A DNA stretch of 63,413 bases, filler included, from Pelomyxa schiedti (GCA_020536535.1; 6 parts of 6 records of this genome joined end to end with filler, not necessarily neighbours in it); one strand, 5' to 3'; counted from the first letter of the whole stretch, positions 48,685 through 62,946 are shown. Made by a program: numbers and translations. Notes: generated by a model from the sequence alone, not told the origin.

Positions 48685-48953
48685 ATAAAAGAAGAATAAC
48701 CACAAATGGGTGTTGTTGTAGTGGTGGTTGGTTGTTGTGGGAGTGTGGTTGGCAGATTTTGTTCTTGGTTTGTTGCTCTCTCAACTGACAGCAGATAGCA
48801 GATGGCTATAGAAATTTTGTGTACATGTGACAAAACCACCAGCCACTTCTGATTCCCGCAGCACAAGTACGATGGTTCTCATTTTGTTGGGGTGTTGCCT
48901 GTCTTTAAGGTCAAGAGCACGACTTCAAGAACGAACATTCGTTGAAAAATCGA

Positions 48954-51900
48954 ATGATCACGGTGAACTGTTACTTGGTAGGTCCCGCCTCGGCCGACAT
49001 ATTTCACTCCCTCGTGGCCTTGATTCGCGGTTGCCCACAAGGAGATGAAAAAACGATAACCGCGATCAACCCACAGTTCGTTCTCCCTTCCTCATCGGAC
49101 GCAACAGACTCGCCGTTGCATACTCAGTCTCAACCTCAGTCGCAGTCTTCTTCTTCATCAACATCCACGGTCTCTGGCTTAGAACCACCGCCAATGCAAC
49201 TGCAAAAACCAAACTTGGAACCAGGGATTTTCTGTGAGGGTGTTGGGAGTGTTATGTTTCACCATTGGGGAGCTGAAACTATGGCAGCAGCGTACGAGGA
49301 TTCAGAGAATTCCGTAGTTGCGGCAGCAATTCCTGCTAGGAGCTCCTTGCCTGGTCCTCAGTTGAGGATTCTGGATAAAGAAGCTGGGCTGTTTCCTTCG
49401 AGGTCTCTGGTACTGCTTAGCTTCAACGAGGATCTGATTTTCAATCGTGGAGAACCTTTTCCTTCTTTTACACCACTTGTTGTTGCATTCAATGTATGTT
49501 GTCTTTTTTTTTTTTTTTTGAAGGGTAATGAATCCGTAGATAAGCGCAGCAAAGCTTCTCAAACATTGTGACAATTCAGAAAGATCGTTGAAGGCACTAA
49601 TCTCATTTGTTTCTCACATGGGATGCACACCAACACAGAATCACACAGGTATCCAACATAACTGCCTTTTTTAATCGTTTTCGTCCAAGGTCCCCCGTAC
49701 TTTCTCACACACCCACGTGTTGCACCCTTCCAACAGGAAGGAGCCGTTGGTATTTCGCAGATGGACCCTTCAACTGTTCGCTCAATGCTACAGCTGGCTC
49801 ACGGGACTTCCTGCACAACAGTTCAGGAAAAGGCGTTGCGAGCATGGGTGAAAGCCAGGAATTGGACTGCTGTAAAAGAGCTCCTATTTTCATGTAATAT
49901 GTGTAATTCGGCCATTCCTCTTGGTAAACAGTCGTTGGATTGTATACCCCCTCAGCTCGAGGGTATCTCGTGTGACACACTGGATATATCCGGCAATGAA
50001 ATCAATGATATCCCAGAATGGCTCCTTCGTGCTAGAGTGAGCACAGTGACTCTTGACAAAAACCCTCTGAAAGGAGTTCCCCAATGCTGTTTGAGGGGTC
50101 GGGAATCCTACGAAGTTTGGAATGTTATTAAACTATTCCTACTGTTTGGTGAGGTTCCAATCAAAGCACCTGTCAACAACAGAATCATTGTTGTTGGTGG
50201 ACCACAGAAAATGAAAGCCGCATTTCTGAGAGCCTTGGTGGAGAACAAATCTAAAGTAACTGGAAAGCCAAACAAAGAATCTGAAGGTCAGGGACTCATC
50301 CAGGAATACAAACCCTTCAAACTATGGAAGAGGTCTTCTATTTTCACTTGGACAGCATGGGACTTGGGTATATCTGCATTCTTTCTCTTTCCTTTTCAAT
50401 TTCAGTGCAAGGTGGTAAAAACACAGATTGGAACTCCTTTTACCCTTGTTTGTTTTTCAGTGATTCAATATTCATGCTCGTTTTTGATGCCTCATTGGAT
50501 TCAGTCAGAGCTGACCCAAAACAACACTTGGCCCTTCCCAAGTTACACTTCTGGCTCAACCATATCAATTCATGCCACATGAGCAAGAGAACCCGTGTGG
50601 GCTACAATTTGGCTCTAAAGCCGAAAGTGGTGGTTGTTGGATTTTACAAAGACAGCTCTCGGAAAAATGCATCATTCCTCAAGGGCTTATTCCCTGCCAT
50701 CACAAGCCACTGGGAAGCAAATATCAACTTTTGCGGATTCTTTGCAGTTAACTTGGCTGACGGCAGCGGCTATACCTTTAGAAGAGAATACCCAGATGGG
50801 CAGTTCAGGCCAAGCATAATATCACTGGACGTTGTTGACGCATTTGAAAGGAATGCATCATCGCCAATGTATGTTCCACCAGGATGGGTGAAACTACAGG
50901 GTTTACTTGGTACCGTGAAGAATCCTGCTCTGACATGGCCTCAGCTCGTTAGACTCGCACACAAATGTGGAGTTGGGAGAATCACAGCCAAAAGAAGCAA
51001 AATTAAGCAAGAAGAGGAGCTGGAGAGGTGCTTTGACTGGTTGTCTGACATGGGTTCTATTTTTCACTTCAGGCACAGCCTCTTTGGCCAAAGCGGTAGC
51101 CAAGGCATGGCAGCAGGCAACAATCAAATTGTTATTTTGCAGCCATCTTGGTTCAATGAGGTGATGACATCCACATTTGCTAAATCCGTGAATATTGCAC
51201 CCACAGGCTCTGGTTTTTTCACCACTTTCCAGAGGACAACAAAATCAGATTTAGAGCTCTATAAGAACCTGGGAATGCTAATGAAGATCCACGAAAAGCC
51301 CCAAGCCTCTTTCTTTCTTCTCCCTGACCCCACCCCCAATCTTCCGAGTATCTTCTCAAACCTTGGAACAACAGAGAAGGCCAATATTGTGAAAACACAT
51401 GGGTGTCTTCTCTACTTTGGGTTCTTTCCTGTTGAAGCGTTTGCAGATGTGCTTTCTTCCCTATGCAACGTTCCAGGTGTTGTTCCAAGTTCGTTTTGGA
51501 GGAATGGAATTTTGGTCTCCCGGACTGCCAGTGATGAAGGCGCCACAACGTTTCACTTGCTTATGAACCGTGTTGTGGACAAAGTTACACAAGATACAAA
51601 AGTTGAAGTTGTCATGAGAACAATCTGTTTAGAGGGAAAGAAAATCACCTGGAAGGATAGCCTGATGACAGTTGCACTTAATCTGCTCCACTCAAAAGCT
51701 CAATCAAGTATCAACAGCCTTGCGGTTACTCCGTTGTTCCTTTGCCCAAGGTGCTTGACAGAATCCTTGTCCTCCACTCCAGAGTGGGGTGTTAGGTCTT
51801 CCATAGACTCTGGTATCCACAGTTACTTCTCCCACAAAGAACTTATGGAAACTGTGATGACAAGCGGCGCAAGGAATGTGACCTGCCTGAAGCACCCTCA

Positions 51901-53215
51901 TGAACTTGTACCTGGTGAAGTTGCGCCAGAAGACCTTTTCCAGCCTCTCACTGTCCTCAAAAGCAGCACCGTGAAAAAGGTCAAAGAAACAGTTCTGCGC
52001 TCTGGCTGTATTTTGGACCGGAACATTGATGAACCAAACCAGGTTGTGAATGTCATGGCGGAACTGTTGCCTGAAGCCAACATGCTGAGAAATGTGCAGA
52101 ATAACCCAAATGTCACACAATTCTTTGGAGTGGGTGTCCGCGGCGCAACTCTGTTGGGAATGAGTGAAGATCTTCCCCCCCTCAAACTTGCTCCTCACTT
52201 GGTTCCCAGAACAGGAAGTCCAAAGCAAGTTCGCTCCTTGGCCGAATTGCTGGAGGTATTGTGCGTTGATCCAGAGAACCAGGGAACCCTGAATGATGTT
52301 CTTCCTATGAGATTGAGGGAAAAGATACTGGGAAACGTGGCACAGGGCCTGTATAACCTGCACAAGCACTGCCCTACCTTCATCCATGGTGATATTCATG
52401 TTGGTTTGTGTTACCTCTTCTATTTTCGAAATCAAGTTCATTCCACAGGGAACGTCTTAATTACTTCACTGGATGCAGAAGGACAGGGGCCTTGGGCCAA
52501 GGTTGCTACCACCGCTTATAATGAGTAATTCTAATGAAGGTTCCAACAAAAAGATCGCGCACAGGGTGATATCAGCAGGCTCCACTGCCGGTCCTACTGA
52601 ACCTATATCAACAGCGGCAAACGTCGAGAGCACTATCAGAAATAAGAGCCCGGAAGCTGTAAGAGGGAATACACTTCCAAGTACACAGGGTGATGTGTGG
52701 GATTTCGGTGTGAGTTCTCAGTCTTTTTTCTTTCTTTCTGCCGGCTTGCCGGCAGAACTCACACAAAACAAGGAATTCTCGTTCACAACGTAGTTGCGCC
52801 GCTGTCCTTTGTTGATCTCAAATCGACATCATCATCGCGATCGCAGCCGGCACCCATAATACAAGGCAAAACCATCACCGCTCTTGGTACCCTTTGCTTT
52901 GTTATGAGCCAGCTAATATTTTTTTTTCCAGAAGGGGGACATTTCCGGGTCGAGAGGTTCCAAGTTGGACACGCACTTGCCAGTGGCTGTTTCGTTGTGG
53001 ACTGCGGAACCGCACCAAGCGCCAAGGTCACGGCGACGTGTTCAGCGAAATCTACGCCGGCAGAAACAGAATCCAACGAGAAATCAACTGCGGCAGCAGA
53101 GATGCCATTGTGGGCCCGGCAGATAATTTCCTGCTGCCTTGTTGCCGACCCATCACAGAGGCCGTCTATGGCTTCCATTATCCGCTTTCAGGGATACTTG
53201 ACTTCTGCCAATTAG
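48954..53215 (+). CDS. Degenerate Roco-type protein: N-terminal domain, LRR, pseudo-ROC, COR, pseudokinase (multi-exon; frameshift or stop near 52526)
   Basis: LRR LDISGNEINDIPEWL..LDKNPL; ROC-like IIVVGGPQKMKAAF, WDLGG, IFMLVFD, VVVVGFYKD; COR WLSDMGSIFHF..ILQPSWF; kinase IHGDIHVGNVLI, SPEAV, DVWDFGIL, DPSQRPSM. Confidence 0.75.
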
Positions 53216-53303
53216 ACTTGAAACCCCCTGTGGGTGGGAGTGACACCTTTCCATTGCTGGACACCGACACATGTAACATTAAAACCGAAAAATTTCCGGA
53301 AAC

Positions 53304-54878
53304 ATGGCTCTTTGCAGGAAAGACCCAAGTTGGTCTGAAGACACGCCCCATAATGATCTTCGTAAACACCTCCCGCCGTTGGTTCCTCAGATGTCGCGGG
53401 GAAGCCCAGGCACCCTCCTGCTGCCGCTGGTTCCTGTCCCACTTCCCCCACGGATCCCACCCACCCCCCATCGGGTGCGGCCCTGTCCCCACAACCACAA
53501 TCACGCCGGCAGCAGTGCCAGGAGGGGGAGAGGACGGGGGAGTGGGAGTGGAGGAGGCAGGGGTGGGGGAAGGAGTGCATGGCTGTGCTGACCGGGCTGT
53601 GCCGCGGGGGTCACCTGGACTCCGCCAGGAGGTTCGTGGACGAAGGGGCGCCCTGGGGGTCGTTGCTGTGGCCTCGAAGCAGGTCTATTGCTTGTGACTC
53701 CCCACGTGTAACAGCAGGGGGTGACCCAATATCTATTGGTTCTACTCTGGAACTCTATGATGATTCTGGCAGTGAAAGGGAGTTTGTGTTTTATCCACTT
53801 CCCACTCATTACGATGCCGCTGGTGGAGATGATGATGACGATAGAAATGCTGTTGCAAGTGGTGGTGATTTTACTGTTGGGAGGCTGGAGAGTGAATTCT
53901 GGGGTGACAAGGGCATTCCAGCGCTCCTGGACATTGTGGCTGAACGAGGGCACCTTGACACACTCAAGTGGGCATTGTCTCGATTCGGTGGGACTGATGA
54001 GTCTTGGTTTCTGAAACGACTTCTATCCGCTGCCAAGGGGTTCCAGTTTGACACGATTGAGTGGCTGGCAAACACCATCGATTCACCGGTGATGTTGACC
54101 CAGATTGTTGAGTGGTGGTGGGGAGTTCCTTGCTGTGCATATGACATCAGGAGGCTCATGAAACTGTTTCCAGAGTGGCGCTTTGATCCCAGTAACATGG
54201 CACAGAGTGCAGTGAAATGCAAGGGATCAGCACACGAGATAATAGCGGTGTGCGAGTGGTTGATGCAGCGGTTTCCGTCAGAGAAAATGGATTTCACTGA
54301 CTCCAGGAACTGTGAGGTACTCAAGTGGGCACTGGATGGTGTGAACTCTTCAACACAGATTGGGGAGTATTCTTCAGAATGTGGATGATGTTGAGCTCGC
54401 AGAGTGGTTGTTGCGGAGAGCAACCCCAACAGAATCTGATTTCAAGTGTGCATGCAGACACAGAAAAGACAACGTGGACATTGCCGAAGTGGTGTGAAGA
54501 AGTCCCTTTAACCTCTGAGCCTCGCAAACGGCAACACGCGTATTGCACAGTTGCTTGAGGAGGTCTTCTTCAATCTCACCGAAACAGCTCCTACTCTTTC
54601 CCTGAGCAAGCTTCTTGAATACAATATAGCCACCACCAAAGGTGTTCCAGCTGCCACGGTTTTGTCCCAGAGGAGCTGATTTTGCTGGAGTTTGATGTTA
54701 GGAATGTTCCCAACCATCACAAAAAAGGGCTGTCATCGACCACTTCCTGCCCATTGTTGCATCTTCACCACTCCTCGTCCTGTGGTGGCCTGACATCGTT
54801 GCAACTAAAAAATATCTCAAAGTGGCAAAGAATGCCGACCAGCTAGAAACCATTTGGTGGTTGAAGGACCAACGTTGA
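53304..54878 (+). pseudogene. Ankyrin-like repeat family gene with multiple frameshifts
   Basis: KECMAVLTGLCRGGHLDSARRFVD, ERGHLDTLKWAL, DDVELAEWLL, NGNTRIAQLL and LETIWWL lie in different frames. Confidence 0.6.
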
Positions 54879-55277
54879 TGTGTGGAATTTTGGTATTTTG
54901 TCACCACCGCAATCGCTTGTTGCCCTCCAACTTTTCAACCAAGAAATCAGCACCAGCAAGAAGGTGACGCCACTGAAATTGAGTTCTCACTGCATGATGG
55001 AGTCACTGGATTTCGCATTGGAGTTGTTCAAATTAGTGATGGTAAACACAAAAACTAAACCAACACATAAAATCTGCTCTTTGTGTTTACCCAGGCAAAC
55101 TAGTGTTTACAGAGCTTAATGATGCTTTGTGCCGTAGGTGTACAACATGAAATTGTGCAATGGAAACCAGCACCAAGTGGGAAAAGACTTTTTTTTTTTT
55201 TATTACATTGGTCCCACACTCGTTAGAACAATAATATATACACATGATCTGAAAAATGTGCATGTGGATGAATCAGG

Positions 55278-55894
<617 letters not shown>

Positions 55895-56453
55895 TTATAT
55901 TTTTGCTTCGGTAGATGGATGTCTTTGTTGTTTGTTGTTGGTTTTCACTTTTTCCAAGACGGCGATAAAAGGGTGCACCCGTAACAACGAAGTGCCCACG
56001 TTGTCATTTTTTCGAAAATCCTTCAGAAAGAGAAAATAATTGGGTTCTGGTCCGTTGATTGTGTCAACACAACGGCTTTTTTCCACACAAAAAATCTGAG
56101 CATGTTGACCACTCAGTGGAAAGGATTCTAGTTCCAAAAAAAAAAAACCCAAGTCGAGCAGCACTGCATTCCAGCAGTGATGCAAACTGCGTGCTGTGTT
56201 TTTTTGGGCAGCTGGTCTGGCAGCTTTGTTGCCATCTCCTGCAGAAAGCACTGCGAACAAGAAAAACGTAAATGCCAGCTGCGCCAGAACGCGCTACAAG
56301 CGCGGGAACATGCTAAAAGCGTTTTTTGGGGTAAGTCTAATGCTGGGAGTCAGCAGGAGCAGCGAAGTTTAACAAAAAAAAACAAGAACGGGTAACGAAA
56401 CAAGCACGCGGGGAGCCTCGCGAAAGACCGGGCCAGAGCCACAGCCCCTGAAG

Positions 56454-58686
56454 GTGTCGGCAACAGATCGTTGCTGTCTATGCTTCGCCCCACGTGTGGC
56501 GCCATACGCCCTGGTGGTTGAGCTCCTTCTCCGGTCCTGCGGCGTACCCTTGATCCACAGGCACATCGTTCGCCCTTCCTCTTCTTCTTCCTCCTCCTCG
56601 TCGTCGTCGTCGTCGTGTTACTGCTGTGCCTATGGCGCATCATCTCCACCAGGAGGCGGGGGGTTCGACTTTGCCATCGCGGTCGCCGCCGCGGGCGACC
56701 AGGCCACTTACGACTGCGCCAGGTCAGCCATCTCGTCAAAGCACCCGCTGGGGTGCTGCTCGAGTGCGGGGCTCCCCCTCATCGTCCTCTTTGGGCGTGA
56801 GACCGACGACCAAGACGGCTTGGCCAGAGACCCCGGGTGCGTGGACGGCGCCTTCAGAATTGTGTATAACGTGGACAGTTCGAGCGGCCTCTCAGGAGGC
56901 ATTACTTCAACTAAGATCTTGTATTCCAAAATTGAGGAAAGGATGACAAAAAGAATTTGGCCAAAATCCGGCACTTCCAATTGGAGTGCTTCTTCAAGTT
57001 CTGCACAATTTTGGCTTTATTTGGAACACAAGACGAGATGCCGCTGCCGATGGAAAATGCGTGTGGTCCCACAATGCGGCGCTGGAGCGTGCCAATGTCG
57101 ACCAACAGCTGTTCTTCCGCTCACTGGCGTCTGCCTGCACGTGCGCAGCGAGCAGCAGTGCGGCCCATAATCACCTCTTTGTTGCGCCCTCGGCGTCGTC
57201 ACAGCCAGTGCCGACTCCAAGTTGCGGTACCGCGGCAACGGCGGCAGAAGTGGAGGCAAAACCACCAGAGACCAAACGACGCCGCGGCAGAACAACCACC
57301 ACAACAGCAACTATTGGCCCCAGAGACAACATTATGGGAGCAGGAGGGGGAGGTTCCCTGGTGTCAGCCATGGAACCTATCAAAGAGACATCATCGGTAA
57401 CACAGGAGAGGGATGGTGATTTTGTGTTTGGTGAGGATACACGCGATTATGGGTGTGGGACTGTGAGGAGGAACTTCAGGCTGGTCAAATTGAAGTCTTA
57501 TTCTAGCACTGGTGTGTTCTTGAGATTAATAGTTTGTGTTATTGCATTCCCCAGTTATCTTATCTTTTTATTATAAGGATTGGACTTTAAGGTGAAGTGC
57601 ACGGGAAAGGGACACCCCAAGTTGTTCAAGCACCAGTCATACATCCTCAAAGTACTTTTCAACTGCCCTGAGAGCATTGGCCTTAGTGGGGGACAACAAG
57701 GTGAATGGGAATCCAAGGCATTTGTGCATCCCAACATTCAGCAGTTTTTCTGCCAGTTCAAGGACACAATACCGCTGGAGTTTTACAAGCAAATCCCAGC
57801 CTAACAAAGGAAAAGGCATTTGGTCCTTCAGCAATACATACATCACGAGTGTTCACTTGTATTGTTCTTGAGAACCACCCTGAGACACTCCAAAAACTCT
57901 TAGTTGCATCATCAACTCATCTTCAAAGCTCATCTCCCACAACAGCAATATCAACAGCAATCACCACCGGCAAAACACCATGGAGTATTGTTCACAAGTA
58001 TTCAAGGGACATCTGTGCCGCTCTTGTTCACCTCTTCGTCAACAAAGTCGTTTACTTCAATCTTTCTTTGAGCAACATTGCTGTCTCTTTTGTGCTGTTT
58101 GTTCTTCTAAATTTGTTAGTGCTCACAAACAAAACAGAAAAAGGAACAAGTGGTTCTGACGGGCCTTATTGGTCACACATTGAAATTTGATGAGGAAAAC
58201 AAGCCACCATTCACCAAGCTTCTTTTAGAATTTGAACTGGTGAGGAACACAAGACACGTGGCACCTGACAATGCAATTTCGCAGCAGGACCAGCCGCAGC
58301 CACATACAATTCTGAACTGTGAAATGGTGCGTGTAGAAGACAACAACAATTTCCACTCTCTTTTTACAAACACACATAGCAAGGATCATTTGGACTTGGG
58401 TGCATTCTGTTTGAACTTGCAATGGGCATTGATACACTTTGAATTTGAGAGTGATGAATCTTTCCCGATGCAGCCACCTTCATTCCCAAAGAAGTTCTGT
58501 GACCTCGTTCGTGGGTTACTTCAGTTTGATCCTTCAAAGAGGACTCCCCTTTGTGAAGCATACAGGATTTTAGTGGATGTCATTGAGCAGCCAAGCCCAG
58601 CTGAACTCCTCTCGTTTTACACTCACATTGTAAATCCCACGCATGCCGGTGTGTATTTGAACACAATTCAATCAAACCTAACCTGA
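56454..58686 (+). pseudogene. Pseudokinase gene with frameshift(s)
   Basis: YILKVLFN, VHPNIQQF, IVLENHPETL, DICAALVHLFVNKVVYFNLSLSNIAVS (HRD lost), LLQFDPSKRTP; frame change at about 57797-57804. Confidence 0.6.
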
Positions 58687-59667
58687 ACAATCACAACAGG
58701 TGCACTGACATGCAAGGCAATATGCCAAGTACAACTTTATGAAGATTTGGATGTGGCCACCCAGGAGAAGTTATTTGATTTACTGGCTCGGTACTTCATT
58801 CATTCATTCAAACCTCTCACTCACCGCTTCAAGATACCCCCATTGCCCGGTGCTGAAGTTCAATGTTCTTTGTACAAAAAGGCAGTGCTGTTCAGATCCA
58901 CCACTTCCTCAGTTAAACACTGCCCCACATCCCGAAGCGACAACTGCAACCAGAGCTGCAGCTGTATTCAGAGCCACAGCCACCCACAGCCACAACCACA
59001 GTCACTGCCACAGGTTCATGTGTAACCTCCTGCCCAATAAACCGCAACCCCAAACACAGTCAAAGCCACACACACACACCTCCCCAGCAACCCGCTAAGG
59101 CAAAGGTATCACCCAGTAAGCCGGCATCTCCTTATTCACCACATTATGCGACTTTCGATATGGATGCATACATCATGCTCCTTTTCTGATCCCAATTACC
59201 CACCAGCAAGAGAGAGGACTCAGGTGGAAATCGATACTGGTTTCACACTTTTCTGCTCATTTTCAAAGCCATGAGTACAAAGTTTCCAACACTGAGAAAA
59301 AGACTGGTGCGCACACAAGCAAGCTTTTAAGTCTTTCTCCCACAAGTATAAATCCCACAAAACAAACGAGTTAAAAAAGAAACGAGCCGGATTTCTAACT
59401 TGGGGTGCGCCGATAGGGGGCATCGGCGTGAAAAACGTGAAACCAACATCCAAATTTCGTACCCGTTAGGCGCCCCGGCAAAAAGCGGATTCTGCTCTTC
59501 AACTCAAAGAAATATAAATCAACAAAGTGCTTCTCAATTCATTTTCAAGGAGGCTTTTCCTGTCTGCAAATGCTTGGAGAAGCACTTTGTTTGTACCACA
59601 GAACATATGAATCAATGTGAGGATACTACAAACAGAGGTACTTCATGTGTTGGGGCATAACTGGATC

Positions 59668-59896
59668 ATGGGGTGGAGGTTTTGGGGCGAAGCTTTATAG
59701 CAGAAAACACTGACACCTTTGCCCTTTTTTCTTCGCCCCATGGGGTGAAGCTTTTTTTCCTCTCAAAACCTTCGCCCAGGGGTGAAGGTTTTGGGGGTAA
59801 CCAACCTCTTCCAAACAACAAGCACAAAGGTCCACGTGGTAGACAAACACCTTACTGAGTGAGCCAAAGTGTTCGCCCCTGGTGGGGCGAAGGTTT
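59668..59896. repeat. Cluster of short palindromic repeats TTCGCCC(C)-loop-(G)GGGYGAA
   Basis: Hairpins at 59731-50, 59765-92 and 59872-91, plus half-sites at 59668-95. Confidence 0.85.
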
Positions 59897-59904
59897 CACT
59901 GAGG

Positions 59905-60004
59905 NNNNNNNNNNNNNNNNNNNNNNNNNNNNNNNNNNNNNNNNNNNNTTAATTAATTAANNNNNNNNNNNNNNNNNNNNNNNNNNNNNNNNNNNNNNNN
60001 NNNN
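59905..60004. other. Assembly spacer
   Basis: 44 N + TTAATTAATTAA (59949-60) + 44 N. Confidence 0.99.
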
Positions 60005-60134
60005 CGGAGCTGCACATTGCGTAGCTGTACGTTGCCACTCGTCGCTTTTATCTTATACAGTTTTACTATGTTTCACTCATTCAAGAAAGTAGGAAGTCAC
60101 TTTCAAAAAAGTTGGGGAAACCAATCAGGAAGCA

Positions 60135-62854
60135 GTGGTGATACAAACAACAAATTCTTCACCTGACATCCCACCCACCAACGCTATTACGCCTGCACAA
60201 TCCCCATTAGTTCCAAAACAAGATCAACTTATCCCCTCACAGTCGCCACCTGCGATTGAGGAAACACGCCCATCAGATTCCCCTGTTGAGTCGAAAGGTA
60301 ATGATGACAGCCACAAATTGAACTTACGTTCCTCTGGAAGTCCCTTTGAAATTTCTCTTCCAACTCTACAAACAGAACCGGAAAGCCAACCAAATCTCCA
60401 ACAGCGCTTACAACAACAGAAACTCATAGCACAATTGCAAACACAGCATATGCAACAGCAACAACAGCTTCTTCAGCTGCATAAACAGCTCAAGCAAACT
60501 GAAATGCAATGTGAAAAGCACCGACTGGAATCAGAAACGCAGAGGCAACAAAACCAACTCCTCACTCAGCAACTGGAGGCGGCCAGAAAACAGGCAGACG
60601 GCTTTGCTACAAAAACCCGTGCCAATGAGGGAGTAGTGAAATTGTTACAGCAAGAAGTACTAAGTGCGAGACAGTCTTTAGCCCTCCAAAAAAAAGAGGT
60701 TGAGACCCTCAGAATCACAACAGCAGAAGTAACTAGTCTGCGACTTCAAGTACAACAGCAAGAAGAGGCACTTAAATTGAAAGGAGAAAAAGGAGATGCG
60801 AACGTAAAGCAATTAAGAGAAGAAATCCAAGCCCAAAAGCAACAGCAACAACAACAACAGCACCAACATCAGCAGGAAGTTCTTCTTCTCAAACAGCAAC
60901 ACATACACGAAGTAGCCGTTTTAAAGCAACAGCATGACAGCACCAACGTAAAACATATTCAACAGCAACAGCAACTCCATCAACAGCTTCACCAGCAGCA
61001 ATTACAGCACCAACAGCAGCAACAACACATCGACAACCTGACTGCCGAATTAACATCTGCCAGGCAATCTTTGACAGATATGGAGCACAAGTACACCACT
61101 GACACAAACTCGGTGAAACAGCAACTACTTGCTGTTCAACAAGAACTTCAAACCTCAAAGCAGCAACTAGCAACTCTCAACGCACAACTTGCAGATGCAC
61201 GGCACGCTGTTGCCACAGCGCACACAGAAAAACTAGCAACAACACAAACTGAAAGAATGAGAATGAGTGCGTCTCATAAGGAAGAGCTGGCAGAGCTGAA
61301 AACGCTTGCAGACTCTGCTACAAAAGAAGTAAACTCCCTCAAGCAACAGCTAGCTGCAAGAACAGCAGCACTGGCCACTGCGAGGGACGATGTTTCTGCA
61401 GCCACAAGAGAAACTGCCGACGTGAAACTACAACTTGGTGCAGCAACTAACGAACTAGGAATCAAAACAAAGAAAGTAGCTGAGTTGGAGAAATTACTCA
61501 GTGACAAAGATACTGAAAATAAGGCAATGGAGGAGCAGTTGCAAGCTGCACAGACTGAAGCTCTAGAGGAAAGCCGTAAATGCAACGAAATCCGGGCCCA
61601 AATAGAAGTTTATGAATCAAGAATTCGAGCTCACGATAATGAGTCCAGAATTCTGACAGCCTGTGTAACGACAGCACAGCGGGAAGTGGAAGTCACCCGC
61701 ATTGCCTTGGACAAAGCCACAGCTGAAGTTACCGATTTACGCTTGCGCTGTGCGAAATTAGAAGCAGAGAGCGAGGTACAACGCCAACACATCACTGAAG
61801 CGGAAAGACAGTTGATGGAAATGGAACTACTCCGGAAGGACCTCACAGAGACCCAGCAAGTACTCCAAGACCTCGAGCAGGAGTTCGATAGAACAAAGAG
61901 AGAACTGGAAGACTCTACAACCGCGAAAAAGACTGCTGAGTCTTTGTGCCTAGAGTGTGAGGAGCAGCTCAACATACTGGAGCAGAAATTCAAAGAAGAG
62001 GAAGCTCATTGCACCCTGGAAGTTTCCCGGCTCTCGCAGATAGTGGAAAAGAACAATTCGGAGTGTCTTCAAAAACTCGAAGGTTGTTACCAGTTACTAT
62101 TTACCATCCAATTAACCTTTCATAGCCGCGGAACAGGACAAGAAATCCGCTTTAGACCGCGTTCAACGCCAACTAGAAAAGTCCCAGCAGGATTTACAAC
62201 AGTGTGCAGCCGACATGGATTCTGCCGCACTTGAGTGCACAATGGTTTGTGAATTCCACGCCCAAGTCGAACCAACATAAAAACTAACTAACACTTTAAC
62301 ACCCGCACTAGGTGGGAGAACAACTGCGAATACAAACAAATGCGGTTGTTCTATTGAACCAAAGACTAGACAATGCACTACACCAAGTTGTGGCCGCCCG
62401 GTCAGAGGCTGCTGAGGCCAAAGGCCTGTACTTCGCGTCACTGTGCACTGGAATCAAGCTTGCTGGGGGTGATAACACCGCCCCTGTGGATGTTGCAGAG
62501 CTACAGAGGCTGGCTACAGAGAACTGCATAGCTGTGAAGGACTGGCCGTCGTGGATAACCACACAGCTGATAAGAGTGAATAATGCAGGTGGGGGAGGAA
62601 GTGTTCACAGTAGTACCGCAAGCTTGGATTCGTCATCATCAAGCCGGTCTACTTCAAGTGTTGGTGGATTTGGAATGTTAGGAGGAGCCCAAGATACTAA
62701 TGATGATGACAGGACTACAAAGCGGCTGTTTGGTACCTTGAAGTCTGTGATATCTTCCCCGACATCATCTAGTACAACAGCATCCTCAGAAACTCCCAGC
62801 AAAAAAACGGCTGGTAGTGGGTGGTGGGGATGGCGATCATCAAACAAAAGTTAG
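60135..62854 (+). CDS. Long Q-rich coiled-coil protein (5' end upstream or in the gap; 2 introns near 62080-62311)
   Basis: 699-aa heptad-rich ORF spliced in frame to ..LYFASLCTGIKL..AVKDWPSWITTQL..GWWGWRSSNKS*. Confidence 0.75.
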
Positions 62855-62946
62855 AATGAACCTCAATTAAAAGATATTGTGTACTATTTCAACCAGCGTT
62901 TTTGTTTTCTACTATACAAACGAATGTTACTCACCAGTAATTCATT

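Noticed and set aside
49569-49571. Apparent in-frame TGA (selenocysteine or readthrough) in the Roco gene
   Set aside because: Using the downstream acceptor CCGTAG gives an open frame (ISAAKLLKHCDNSERSLKAL..) that splices in frame to the LRR exon
59668-59896. CRISPR-like array
   Set aside because: Repeats vary in length and sequence, spacing is irregular, no cas genes, eukaryotic context
60820-61030. CAA/CAG repeat region
   Set aside because: Simply encodes the poly-Q part of the coiled-coil protein
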